NCBI RefSeq assembly: GCF_000020385.1
Contig: NC_010814.1
Span: 3,510,001 to 3,542,000, forward strand
DNA length: 32,000 nt
Direction of reading: 5' to 3'
DNA from: Trichlorobacter lovleyi SZ
Lineage (GTDB): Bacteria > Desulfobacterota > Desulfuromonadia > Geobacterales > Pseudopelobacteraceae
The notes under the pieces are model-generated. The model saw only the letters and a list, made by a program, of their open reading frames with translations. It was not told the DNA's origin and searched no databases. Both the position numbers and the translations under genes were made by a program. Shown here in pieces: positions 1 through 9,003 of the stretch (its first letter is position 1; each line of letters begins with the position of its first letter).

Positions 1-941
1 TGGTTAATCATGGTGAACGCAAGCGCATCCACCTCATCAAGGTACCCCTGCAGTGTTGTGTCGCGCATGGTGAGTGTGGCCCCAAGCTCACCGGTTGTGG
101 GGGCAATGGTCGCTGCAGCACCACCCCCGGCAGGAGTCACCTGGACTGAAAGCCGGGCACTACCGTCCGGCAGGGTTGTGCCACTGTTCACCAGAGAAAA
201 ACTACCGGCAGACGAGCCGCTGACCAGTGAGTAGGTACCGGTTGCATCAGTATAGCTGACATCCGTGGAGCCATCACTGTTTTCAGTAAAGCTGACCGCA
301 AGTTTCTCCGAAAGCTGCCGCACCAGATAATCCCGTTGATCCCGCATTTCATTGGCATTGCCACTTACCAGCTCTGTCAACTTTATCTGACCGTTCAGCC
401 GGGCAATGTCGGACAGCATGTTGTTCATTTCATCGGTCAGTGGTTGCAGGGACTCGTTCTGGGTCGTAATTGCATCGCTGACAGTGCCGGCAGCGTAATG
501 AAACTGGTCAGCCAGGGCCTGCCCCTGATTGAGGACTGCCTGCCGCTCGGCATTGCCGCTCGGATTCACCGACAGGTCCTGCCAGGAACTGAAATAGTCG
601 GAGATGGCTGCCCCCAGACCATCAAGTGCAACCTCATTAAAAATCGGCTCTATCTGCTGAAGTACCTCTGATTTTTTGGAATCGTAACCGGATGTAGTAC
701 TTGCATTAACCAGCTGCTTCTGCAGTAGTGCATCATAGTACCGCTCAACGGCTGCGACGTTGACACCTGAACCCAGTGGAAAACCGTTGTGAGTGGAAGC
801 CTCTGCAGTTTCAAGTACGATACGCTGGCGGGAATAACCGGGGGTGTTTACGTTGGCGATATTTTCACTCACCACCTCCGTAGCAACCTGGTATACCCTC
901 ATACCGGTTGTGCCAATTTGTAGTACCGCGCTGAGTCCCAT
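1..941 (-). CDS. flgK: Flagellar hook-associated protein 1 (FlgK), N-terminal ~313 codons. The 3' end runs off the window. It is not in the supplied ORF track because no stop codon lies in-window.
   Basis: Hand translation from ATG 941..939 gives MGLSAVLQIGTTGMRVYQVATEVVSENIANVNTPGYSRQRIVLETAEAS...FPLGSGVNVAAVERYYDALLQ. It carries the axial-protein N-terminal motif NIANVNTPGYSRQ. The frame appeared open to position 1 on a quick hand read; only about the first 75 codons (941..720) were checked base by base. GGGAGG lies 6 nt upstream, and the start is 1 nt after the flgN stop. Confidence 0.85.
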   Translation of the reverse strand, partial: MGLSAVLQIGTTGMRVYQVATEVVSENIANVNTPGYSRQRIVLETAEASTHNGFPLGSGVNVAAVERYYDALLQKQLVNASTTSGYDSKKSEVLQQIEPIFNEVALDGLGAAISDYFSSWQDLSVNPSGNAERQAVLNQGQALADQFHYAAGTVSDAITTQNESLQPLTDEMNNMLSDIARLNGQIKLTELVSGNANEMRDQRDYLVRQLSEKLAVSFTENSDGSTDVSYTDATGTYSLVSGSSAGSFSLVNSGTTLPDGSARLSVQVTPAGGGAAATIAPTTGELGATLTMRDTTLQGYLDEVDALAFTMIN

Positions 942-942
942 C

Positions 943-1440
943 TCAGGCCTCCCTGTTGATCATGACCGCACCGCTTTGCGTGTTGTTGAGATAGGTTCCC
1001 CGCACCCCATAGGTATTCGAGGTATTCAGAATTCTTAAAATAAAGCTGAGCGATTCATTCACCACACCCAAAAAACGCTCCAGCATACCCCGATTCTGGT
1101 TTGCCACTACGGAAACCGCCGAACCGGTCTGTTTCACAGCCTGCTGCAACGGCTCAACCCGCGCCCTCATGGACGCCGGCATTTTTTCCAGCATCTCGCT
1201 CAACGTTACCGAGGGAGGCATACCAAGCTGACCCGCTGTCTCCGTCAAGGCTGCACGCAGGTTTTCCGCAATTGTGCGTTGCCGCGCGATTAACAGCTCC
1301 TTTTGGTTGTTCAGCACCTCCATCAGCGGGGTGTCAAGGTTCGCAATTGCTTTTTGCTCATCATTGAGCGTCTTTTGAAGTTCATTCAGGACCATTAACT
1401 GTTCCGATAAAATATCAGTCAAACGGTTCGCTGTTGCCAT
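943..1440 (-). CDS. flgN: FlgN-family flagellar export chaperone (putative)
   Basis: Helical, Leu/Gln-rich protein of ~165 aa (MATANRLTDILSEQLMVLNELQKTLNDEQKAIANLD...). It sits directly upstream of flgK, the usual flgN position. I re-called the start at ATG 1440 (GAGGAG 7 nt upstream) rather than the track start at 1494, which overlaps flgJ. Confidence 0.6.
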   Translation of the reverse strand: MATANRLTDILSEQLMVLNELQKTLNDEQKAIANLDTPLMEVLNNQKELLIARQRTIAENLRAALTETAGQLGMPPSVTLSEMLEKMPASMRARVEPLQQAVKQTGSAVSVVANQNRGMLERFLGVVNESLSFILRILNTSNTYGVRGTYLNNTQSGAVMINREA

Positions 1441-1441
1441 G

Positions 1442-1828
1442 TTACTGCTCCTCACCTGCCGTCCCGCCCCCTTTTTTCTGAGCTGGAACGGCATAACGTT
1501 TCAACAACTCTTTTTCCACCATCGAGGCAATACTGTTGGTCCCACCCCGTTTGGCTGCGGCGGCGGCATACTCCTGATCAAGCATATAACGATAGGTTTC
1601 TTCCGCTTTGCCGCCACCGGTCAGCTTGTCTTCCGGCACCGTAGCCCGCATTGATTTGAGCATCATACCGGTAAAAAGCGCTTCAAAATCCTGAGAGATC
1701 TTTTTCAACTTCTTTCGCTCGGCATCAGTAAGCTGATGAGCCGACAGCTTGGCCCGTGAGCCCAGCTGCTCTGCCTGTTTGTCCTGCACCAGCAGATCCG
1801 GTGCTATGGTCAGTGTACTGTCCATCAT
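1442..1828 (-). CDS. flgJ: Rod-binding protein, a single-domain FlgJ with no peptidoglycan hydrolase domain
   Basis: The core DFEALFTGMMLKSMR matches the FlgJ N-terminal rod-binding motif. It is only 128 aa and follows flgI, as flgJ does in canonical clusters. Confidence 0.75.
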   Translation of the reverse strand: MMDSTLTIAPDLLVQDKQAEQLGSRAKLSAHQLTDAERKKLKKISQDFEALFTGMMLKSMRATVPEDKLTGGGKAEETYRYMLDQEYAAAAAKRGGTNSIASMVEKELLKRYAVPAQKKGGGTAGEEQ

Positions 1829-1866
1829 AATTACCCTATCGGTCGTTCAGAGAGCTTCCTGAACAG

Positions 1867-2958
1867 TTAGATAATCACCAACTCTGCCTGCAGTGCTCCG
1901 GCAGCCTTGATCGACTGCAAAATGGAGATCAGGTCACGTGGGGTAACCCCCAGCAGGTTCAGCCCCCGGACGACGTCGCCGATCGTATTCCCATCCGGCA
2001 GCACAGACAGCCGGTTCTTTTCTTCCTGCACCTTCAGCTCGGTGCGGGGCACCTCTTTGGTCTCCCCCTTTGCGAGCAGTTTCGGTTGCACCACCTTTGG
2101 CGTTTCCTTAACCGTCAGGGTCAGGTTGCCATGGGAAACAGCAACACTTGAGATCTTGACCTTGTCACCCATGACAATCGTACCGGTCCGTTCATTCACG
2201 ACGACCCGTGCCGGCTGATCCTGTGTCACTTCAAGGTTTTCCAGCTGGGCGATAAACTCCACCGGACGATTGGCAAAGTCGTCAGGAATCTGCACTGTGA
2301 CGGAACCGCCGTCACTGCTACTGGCGGCTTCTTTAAAGTTCTTGTTAATTGCAGCGACTATCCGTGAAGCGGTGGTGAAGTCGGATTGAGCCAGATTCAG
2401 ACGCAGGCTGCGCTTTCCGGCCAGCACGTTGGGCAGTTCCCGTTCAACCAAGGCACCGGCAGGTATGCGACCTGCTGTTGGATGGTTTTTCGTTGCCGAA
2501 GCCCCCTGGCCGGCAAAAGCAAAGGAGTTGGTCAGGATGGACCCCTGGGCAACGGCATAAACCTGATTATCAGCACCTTTCAGGGGTGTCATGATCAAGG
2601 TGCCACCGGCAATGGTTTTGGCATCTCCGAGAGACGAAACCAATACATCAAGCTTGGTACCCTGCTTGGCAAAAGGCGGCAGGGTAGCGGTTACCATGAC
2701 CGCTGCAACGTTCTTGACCTTGACGTCACTACGGTTAATCGTGACTCCCATCCGTTCCAGCATACTTACCAGAGACTGCACCGGAAACTTGGTCTGATCA
2801 CTGTCACCGGAGCCGTTCAGTCCCACAACCAGCCCGTACCCCACCAGCTGGTTGTCCCGCACACCGTCAAAGGCGGCAATATCTTTAATCCGCGAGGCAT
2901 GAGCAGTCAGGGGCAACGTAACAATAAAAAGCAGGATAGACGCAACTATTCGTTTCAT
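1867..2958 (-). CDS. flgI: Flagellar P-ring protein FlgI
   Basis: 363 aa with a signal peptide (...LPLTAHA/SRIKDIA). It contains VGYGLVVGLNGSGD and ends in ...IKAAGALQAELVII, both FlgI hallmarks. Confidence 0.95.
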   Translation of the reverse strand: MKRIVASILLFIVTLPLTAHASRIKDIAAFDGVRDNQLVGYGLVVGLNGSGDSDQTKFPVQSLVSMLERMGVTINRSDVKVKNVAAVMVTATLPPFAKQGTKLDVLVSSLGDAKTIAGGTLIMTPLKGADNQVYAVAQGSILTNSFAFAGQGASATKNHPTAGRIPAGALVERELPNVLAGKRSLRLNLAQSDFTTASRIVAAINKNFKEAASSSDGGSVTVQIPDDFANRPVEFIAQLENLEVTQDQPARVVVNERTGTIVMGDKVKISSVAVSHGNLTLTVKETPKVVQPKLLAKGETKEVPRTELKVQEEKNRLSVLPDGNTIGDVVRGLNLLGVTPRDLISILQSIKAAGALQAELVII

Positions 2959-2967
2959 GATGTCACC

Positions 2968-3642
2968 TTAAAATGGCCAGAGTTTATCCAGCACGTTCAT
3001 CAACCAGCCCGGCTTCTGTCGGTCGGAGATGATCCCCTCTCCTGCATAACTGATCTGGGCATCAGCAACATAGATAGAGTTGATGGTATTTTCTGCTGTT
3101 ATATCCCGCTGGCGGATAGTGCCTTTCACGGTCACAATCTGGTCCTCGTTATTTACCCTGACATTGCGGCGACCCTCAATCTTCAGGTTGCTGTTCGGTA
3201 ACACGTCGATCACTTTGGCCGAAATTGTTGCACTGAGCGTCTCTTTCCGTGAGGTTGACCCGCTGCCATCAAATTTTGAGCTGGCACTGGCGTTCAGCAG
3301 TTTTGAGAGATCGGCAAAGTTACTGGTAATAATCTTTGATTCCTCAAGCCCCAGCATATTCGGGATACCGGCGCTGATTTGAGAAGAGCGTCCGGTGGCC
3401 GTGGCGGCCTGTTTACTGGCGCTGGCGGTTTCAGTCACGATAATAGTAACAATATCGCCGACCCGGCGCGCCTTGCCATCCTCGGTCAGACCGATTGAAG
3501 AGGCCTGCCAGATCGAACCGTTACTGTAGTTGGGGGCTGGTGATTTGAGTTGCTGATCAAAGGAGGGACTCACCACCTCTGTCTGCTGGACGACACAACC
3601 GGACAGCAACAGGCCCGAAAGTGCAACAAGATACCATTTCAT
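2968..3642 (-). CDS. flgH: Flagellar L-ring lipoprotein FlgH
   Basis: MKWYLVALSGLLLSGC carries a lipobox, followed by the conserved GSIWQ...RRVGDIVTIIV...ISYAGEG region. I chose the start at ATG 3642 so that it does not overlap the flgA stop at 3656. Confidence 0.9.
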   Translation of the reverse strand: MKWYLVALSGLLLSGCVVQQTEVVSPSFDQQLKSPAPNYSNGSIWQASSIGLTEDGKARRVGDIVTIIVTETASASKQAATATGRSSQISAGIPNMLGLEESKIITSNFADLSKLLNASASSKFDGSGSTSRKETLSATISAKVIDVLPNSNLKIEGRRNVRVNNEDQIVTVKGTIRQRDITAENTINSIYVADAQISYAGEGIISDRQKPGWLMNVLDKLWPF

Positions 3643-3655
3643 CGATTTCTCCCGT

Positions 3656-4387
3656 CTAAAAGCCAACTTCAACGGTTGAGGCGTCCACAACCCGGGCAGG
3701 GATTTCCTTATTGGAAACCAGATTCTGCACCCTGATCAGCTCTCCGACACCACCGGCACTCCTGGCCCGGCCAGACACCGTTATTCTGACGCCTGCATTT
3801 TCCGCTATAATCGTCACCAACTGACCACTGACAACAACCGGCACACTGACCAGCTGGTTACTCCTGATTGGTGTCCCGGCACGCACCGTTATACGCAGCT
3901 TCTTGCCTACGGCATCGGTAATGTTTTTGACCGGCAAACCGCCTGCCTGTGCCAGATCCTGTTTTTGAAGTTGCAGATCCGCTTCGGTCAGTACGGTACC
4001 GGCAAGCAGTTGACGACTCGCTGTCACCATCTCGGTTTGTGCATCAATCAACAGCCGTAATGAAAGATTTTTCTCGACAACACCGTTCACCCGTACCACC
4101 AGAACAACGCTTGTCGCTCCCCAGCCGTCCCAGCCGGCCGGAGCAATCAGTTCAAGGTCACGGACGCCGCTTGAAACCTTGATCCCTGACGGTACGGCTA
4201 GACGCCGGATTGACGTCTCCCAGCCACGTCCTTCCAGCTTTTCTGCCAGAAAACGCTCAACTACGGCCCTGATTTCCTGTTCCGGCAACGGCACCTGTCT
4301 TGTCGATGAGGCCTGACAATGCACTATTGTTGCGAGCCAGGTGAGCACAACCATCAAACCAGCTGTTAGCAGCTTACTGAGACGCAT
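3656..4387 (-). CDS. flgA: Flagellar P-ring assembly chaperone FlgA
   Basis: It has a signal-like N-terminus and a SAF/FlgA-type C-terminus (GQLVTIIAENAGVRITVSGRARSAGGVGELIRVQNLVSNKEIPARV). It lies between flgG and flgH. Confidence 0.85.
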   Translation of the reverse strand: MRLSKLLTAGLMVVLTWLATIVHCQASSTRQVPLPEQEIRAVVERFLAEKLEGRGWETSIRRLAVPSGIKVSSGVRDLELIAPAGWDGWGATSVVLVVRVNGVVEKNLSLRLLIDAQTEMVTASRQLLAGTVLTEADLQLQKQDLAQAGGLPVKNITDAVGKKLRITVRAGTPIRSNQLVSVPVVVSGQLVTIIAENAGVRITVSGRARSAGGVGELIRVQNLVSNKEIPARVVDASTVEVGF

Positions 4388-4390
4388 CTG

Positions 4391-5179
4391 TTACCGCTTC
4401 AGGTTATTGGCAAGCTGCAGCATTTCATCAGACGTGGTGATCGCCTTTGAATTCGCCTCATAAGCCCGCTGGCCGATAATCATATTGACCATCTCTGTAG
4501 CCACATCGACGTTACTCATCTCAAGAAAACCCTGGGTGATCGTCCCCAGACCGGTTTGTCCCGGTGTACCGGTGGTGGCGTTTCCGGAGGCGTCGGTCTG
4601 CTGGTAGAAGTTTTTACCCATGGATGAGAGCCCGGCCGGGTTGGTAAAATTGGCAATCTGGATATTACCGACCGTAGAGGCGGTGGACTGTCCCGACTGC
4701 ACTGCCGATACGGTGCCATCGGTGCCGATCGTAATTTTGGTTGAATTGTTGGGGATGACAATCTCCGGCAGCATCGGATAGCCCTCAGGGGTCACCACCC
4801 GTCCGTTGCTGTCCATCTTGAAGGCACCTGCCCTGGAGTAGGCGGTACTGCCATCGGGCATCTGGATCTGGAAAAAGCCGTCCCCCTCAATAGCCATATC
4901 AAGTTGCCCACCGGTATTTGAAAAATCACCCGGTGTAAACTGCTTGGAAACGGCGGCCAGTTTGGAACCCATACCAAACTGGATCCCGACCGGGATCTGG
5001 GCTGCGTTGGTTGAGGGTGAGCCGGGATTCTGGACCGTCTGATACATCAAATCCTGGAAATCGGCGCGGCTTTTCTTGAAGCCGGTGGTATTGACGTTGG
5101 CCAGGTTGTTGGCAATGACGTTAATATTCTGAGTCTGGGTATTCATGCCGGACGCTGCGGTCCATAGTGATCTCATCAT
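4391..5179 (-). CDS. flgG: Distal rod protein FlgG
   Basis: The N-terminus is MMRSLWTAASGMNTQTQNINVIANNLANVNTTGFKKSR and the C-terminus is LEMSNVDVATEMVNMIIGQRAYEANSKAITTSDEMLQ. It is 262 aa, a typical FlgG length. Confidence 0.95.
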   Translation of the reverse strand: MMRSLWTAASGMNTQTQNINVIANNLANVNTTGFKKSRADFQDLMYQTVQNPGSPSTNAAQIPVGIQFGMGSKLAAVSKQFTPGDFSNTGGQLDMAIEGDGFFQIQMPDGSTAYSRAGAFKMDSNGRVVTPEGYPMLPEIVIPNNSTKITIGTDGTVSAVQSGQSTASTVGNIQIANFTNPAGLSSMGKNFYQQTDASGNATTGTPGQTGLGTITQGFLEMSNVDVATEMVNMIIGQRAYEANSKAITTSDEMLQLANNLKR

Positions 5180-5201
5180 GGCTTAGTACTCCTTGGTAGT
5201 A

Positions 5202-5978
5202 TTAGACTCGTGCCAGGTCGTTGACAGCCTTGGCAGCCATATCATCAAAACTGCGCACCACACGTTGACAGGTTTCAAAGTAGCGGCTGGCATCCACCAT
5301 CTGCACCATCTCCGCAATAGTATTAACATTGGATTGCTCCAGCGCCCCCTGAGCTACCGTGGTCAGCGGCCCGGCGGCCTGAACAGCGGTCCCGGCCGCC
5401 GGAACAAACAGTGTACTTGCAGTTTTGGTCAGCTGGTACGGTTTGGGGAAATCAAAGAGGGCCAGATTGGCCACCGGTTCACCATTGATCGTGATCCCCC
5501 CCTGGCTATCAACCACCGGCCTGCCTCCGCCGTCCTGACCTGCAACATCGATTCTGATCGGTTGTCCATCTTCGGGGCGCTCACCCGCCTTGGACAGCAC
5601 CTGATATCCATCTGCCGTTATCAGGGTACCGTCACTGGCAAGCCGGAAATTGCCCTGACGGGTATAGGCAACGCCTTCGGGTGTCCGTACGACAAAAAAG
5701 CCGTCCCCTTGCAGGGCAACATCGAGGGTGTTACCCGTCTGCACCAGGGTACCAGCAGAATAGTCGGTCAGCATCCGCTCCTGCAGCAGTACCGGATCAG
5801 CAGTCTGGCTCGGAGGGACAGCAGGGGGATTCCGGTTACCTGCCAGCACAGATTCAAAGGCCAGCCGGTCCTGTTTGAACCCGTTTGTCGAGGCATTTGC
5901 CAGATTTGAAGAAATCACGTCCAGGCGCTTCATGGCAGCCAGGTTGCCGGATAATGCCGAATACATACCACTGTTCAT
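5202..5978 (-). CDS. flgF: Proximal rod protein FlgF (FlgF/FlgG paralogue)
   Basis: It has axial-protein termini (MNSGMYSALSGNLAAMKRLDVISSNLANASTNGFK ... LEQSNVNTIAEMVQMVDASRYFE). It lies immediately upstream of flgG. Confidence 0.85.
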   Translation of the reverse strand: MNSGMYSALSGNLAAMKRLDVISSNLANASTNGFKQDRLAFESVLAGNRNPPAVPPSQTADPVLLQERMLTDYSAGTLVQTGNTLDVALQGDGFFVVRTPEGVAYTRQGNFRLASDGTLITADGYQVLSKAGERPEDGQPIRIDVAGQDGGGRPVVDSQGGITINGEPVANLALFDFPKPYQLTKTASTLFVPAAGTAVQAAGPLTTVAQGALEQSNVNTIAEMVQMVDASRYFETCQRVVRSFDDMAAKAVNDLARV

Positions 5979-6002
5979 CGTATACCTCCTCTACCGTCGC
6001 CG

Positions 6003-6755
6003 CTAGGGGCGAAACGGTTTAAGCTTTCCCTTCAGTCTGATCATGGCCTGACTCAGTATCTGGCAGATACGGGACTCGGTTAATCCCAGCACGGCCCCGA
6101 TCTCTTTCAGGTTGAGCTCTTCGTAGTAGTACAGGGTGACAGCCAGACGTTCCTTTTCAGGCAATGACTCTATTGCACTGCCCAGGGCCTGGGCCGCCTG
6201 TCCAGCCATAACCTGGCACTGGGGGCCCTTATTCTCATCATCACCCAGAATATCAGCGAGACTTAACGGATGGCCTTCATCATCATCCCAGCTGTCATCA
6301 ATGCTGATAAAACTGAATTCATGAATCTCATCTAGCAGACCGTAATAGTCATCCAAGCTGATCTGCAGCGCTTCCGCCATTTCCCGCCCGGTCGGATTCC
6401 GCCCCAGTTGATGTTCCTGACGATGCATCTCCCGCTCAACCATTTTACACTTGTCCCGCATGGTGCGGCTCAAGGGATCACAGGCTCTCAATTCATCCAG
6501 GATCGCCCCCCTGATGTGCTGTTCGGCAAAGGTCTTGAACTGAACGCCCCGTCCCGGGTCATAGCGGTCCGCAGCATGAATCAGGCCGATAACCGCCGCA
6601 CTGGCAAGATCTTGCGGATCGATATGAGACGGCAACTGAGCGGTGAAACGGTTAACCAGATAGCGAACCAGCGGCAGATGAGATGTGATCATGGTCTCAC
6701 GCAGCTGGTGGCTTCGTTCTCCGACCTGTTCTTCATAGGCCCTGAGCCTGCTCAT
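6003..6755 (-). CDS. fliA: Flagellar sigma factor FliA (sigma-28)
   Basis: It has a sigma-70-family layout, with region 2 (LPLVRYLVNRF..., DLASAAVIGLIHAADRYD) and a region 4.2 HTH (ELNLKEIGAVLGLTESRICQILSQA). It follows flhF-flhG, and its start overlaps the flhG stop by 4 nt. Confidence 0.9.
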   Translation of the reverse strand: MSRLRAYEEQVGERSHQLRETMITSHLPLVRYLVNRFTAQLPSHIDPQDLASAAVIGLIHAADRYDPGRGVQFKTFAEQHIRGAILDELRACDPLSRTMRDKCKMVEREMHRQEHQLGRNPTGREMAEALQISLDDYYGLLDEIHEFSFISIDDSWDDDEGHPLSLADILGDDENKGPQCQVMAGQAAQALGSAIESLPEKERLAVTLYYYEELNLKEIGAVLGLTESRICQILSQAMIRLKGKLKPFRP

Positions 6756-7681
6756 ACCCCACCTCCCCCCGGCCCTTCTAGGTAGCGCCGGAAGAAGAAC
6801 TGGATATTGCCTTTCAAACGGGTTTGGCGTGAATTTTCAATGACCCGCCTGGCCAGGGTTGTAAAACAGTTTGATGCCTCGGAATCCGGATAGAGCTCAT
6901 AGACGGCCTTTTGTTTTTTCACCGAGTCGATCAAACGCTCATCCCGGACAACGCATCCCAGATAGTCCAGCGAGATGTCCAGAAATCGTCCCGCCACATT
7001 GGCCAGTTTCCGAAAAACCTCCAGAGCGTCTTCACTGTCGCGTGCCATATTGATCAGCACCTTGAAGTGATGTTCGGAATAACGTGTGGCCAGCAGCTTG
7101 ATCAAGGCATAGACATCAGTAATGGAAGTCGGCTCAGGAGTCACCACGACCAGGATTTCCTGAGCCGCAACGGTAAAGTACGTCACATTCTCCGAGATAC
7201 CTGCCTCGGTATCAATGATCATGATGTCGAACTCTTCTTCCAGCATGTCCAGCTCATCCAGCAGCTTCAACTTTTCATGCTGCCCCAGACTGGTATACTC
7301 CTGAACCCCGGAACCAGCCGGGATCAGTTTGATGCTGGGAGTCACCTCGACAATGATCTCCGCCAGGCTCTTTTCACCTGACAGGACATGATTAAGGTTG
7401 TACTGCGGTGAAAGCCCCAGCAGTACGTCCAGATTTCCCACCCCCAGGTCACCATCAATAATGAGAACCTTCTTGCCCTGTGCCGCCAGCGCCATGGCAA
7501 GATTGGCCACGACGTTACTTTTACCTACGCCGCCTTTACCGCTGGTGACTGAGATGACCCTGATCCCCTGCTGGTCTGTCAGTTGAGCCGGGGCCGCAGC
7601 ATTCTGGCTATTCTGCTTTGCAGTTCTGGCCATCTGACGGAGGGTATCGGCCTGATCGCCGGTTCCGCGCACTGCACTCAT
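6752..7681 (-). CDS. flhG: MinD/ParA-type ATPase FlhG (FleN/YlxH), a regulator of flagellar number
   Basis: It has a deviant Walker A (SGKGGVGKS). The N-terminal GDQADTLRQM matches the DQAxxLR FlhF-activating motif. The C-terminal GNIQFFFRRYL is an amphipathic-helix-like tail. The junction with flhF is a 4-nt overlap (flhF stop 7678..7680, flhG start codon 7681..7679). Confidence 0.9.
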   Translation of the reverse strand: MSAVRGTGDQADTLRQMARTAKQNSQNAAAPAQLTDQQGIRVISVTSGKGGVGKSNVVANLAMALAAQGKKVLIIDGDLGVGNLDVLLGLSPQYNLNHVLSGEKSLAEIIVEVTPSIKLIPAGSGVQEYTSLGQHEKLKLLDELDMLEEEFDIMIIDTEAGISENVTYFTVAAQEILVVVTPEPTSITDVYALIKLLATRYSEHHFKVLINMARDSEDALEVFRKLANVAGRFLDISLDYLGCVVRDERLIDSVKKQKAVYELYPDSEASNCFTTLARRVIENSRQTRLKGNIQFFFRRYLEGPGGGGV

Positions 7682-9003
7682 TGCGCACCCTCCTTCAGGA
7701 TTAGTTCTGCCAGCTTTTCCGATGTTGCAACCTCAATGTCCTCCGGAACCCGTTGGCCCGTGGTGAAGTACGCGATCTGCAGATTTGCCTTCAAAAGCAG
7801 ATTGACAATACAGCCGACACTTTCGCACTCATCAAGTTTTGTGAACACCACTTTACTGATCGGGAAAATACTAAAGCGATTAAGTATTTCTTCCAACTCA
7901 CGGTCTTTGGTGGTAGCCGAAAGGCAGAGATAAATATCTGACTGTATGGTTGTCTCCAGAAAACCTTTCATTTCTTCCAGTTTGTCTGAATCCTTGTGAC
8001 TACGACCGGCAGTATCTATCAGAATCAGATCGCAATCGGCATGACGCTCCACCGCCCGCTCCAGCTCTTTGGGTGTTGAAGCTACTTCAAGCGGGATCCC
8101 CATGATCTTGGTGTACGTCTTCAGTTGTTCCACTGCTCCAACCCGAAAGATATCCATGGTGATCAACGCGACCTTGTTACCGCGATTCAGGGCATACATG
8201 GCTGCCAATTTGGCCGTTGTGGTAGTCTTGCCGACGCCGGTCGGTCCAACCAGGGCGATAATCCGGGGAGCATTTTTTTTCATGCGCAAGGTGCCGGCAA
8301 AACGGATCAAGCGCCCAAAAGCCTCACCCAGGCGGCCTTTCAGGGTCTCCTCTCCCTGTCCCATCGGCAGGGTATTCACCGTCTCAAGGATCTTGCCCTG
8401 CAGATCAGGTTCAATTCCCTGACGTTCCAGTTCACGAGCCAGCGGCGGCTTTTCAGTGGGGAGATCCGCTCCTGTAGTGGCCCCCTGGGGCGTCGCATCA
8501 GGCCACTGCACAGACTTGATGCCTCCCTCCTGACTCCTGACCAGTGTGTTTAACAACATTTTTTTGATCTCTTCCAGATCTTGACGAGGGATATTGTTCA
8601 GATTAATCCCGCCATCGCCCCCCTTACCCTGCTGTTCTGCAGGTGTTGAAATCTGTTCACTCTGGCGTTGACGCAGCTCCTCATCCCGCTTGGCCATGAC
8701 CTCAACTTTTTCACGCAGATCACGCAGTTCCCTGGCCAAGGGTGCCAACATGGAGTTTTCAAACTCTTCTTTGGTGGTCCGCTCCCTTTCCGGACGCTCA
8801 CGTAGCGGCTGCGGTGCTGGAGCTACCGGACGATGAGGATCAATAGCAGCGGTTACCTTGACCACCTGTTTACTGAAGAAGCCCAGTATCCCTCCCTGCT
8901 TCTCCTTTTTTGTGGACAGAATCATCGCATCGGGCCCCAGTTCAGCCTTAACCAGCCGCAGGGCCTCTGCCATAGTTGGAGCTTGAAAGGTTTTAACCAG
9001 CAT
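7678..9003 (-). CDS. flhF: SRP-type GTPase FlhF
   Basis: The G-motifs are GPTGVGKTTT, LIDTAGRS and FTKLDE. It has a basic/acidic B-domain. It lies after flhA, with an 11-nt overlap. Confidence 0.9.
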   Translation of the reverse strand: MLVKTFQAPTMAEALRLVKAELGPDAMILSTKKEKQGGILGFFSKQVVKVTAAIDPHRPVAPAPQPLRERPERERTTKEEFENSMLAPLARELRDLREKVEVMAKRDEELRQRQSEQISTPAEQQGKGGDGGINLNNIPRQDLEEIKKMLLNTLVRSQEGGIKSVQWPDATPQGATTGADLPTEKPPLARELERQGIEPDLQGKILETVNTLPMGQGEETLKGRLGEAFGRLIRFAGTLRMKKNAPRIIALVGPTGVGKTTTTAKLAAMYALNRGNKVALITMDIFRVGAVEQLKTYTKIMGIPLEVASTPKELERAVERHADCDLILIDTAGRSHKDSDKLEEMKGFLETTIQSDIYLCLSATTKDRELEEILNRFSIFPISKVVFTKLDECESVGCIVNLLLKANLQIAYFTTGQRVPEDIEVATSEKLAELILKEGAQ

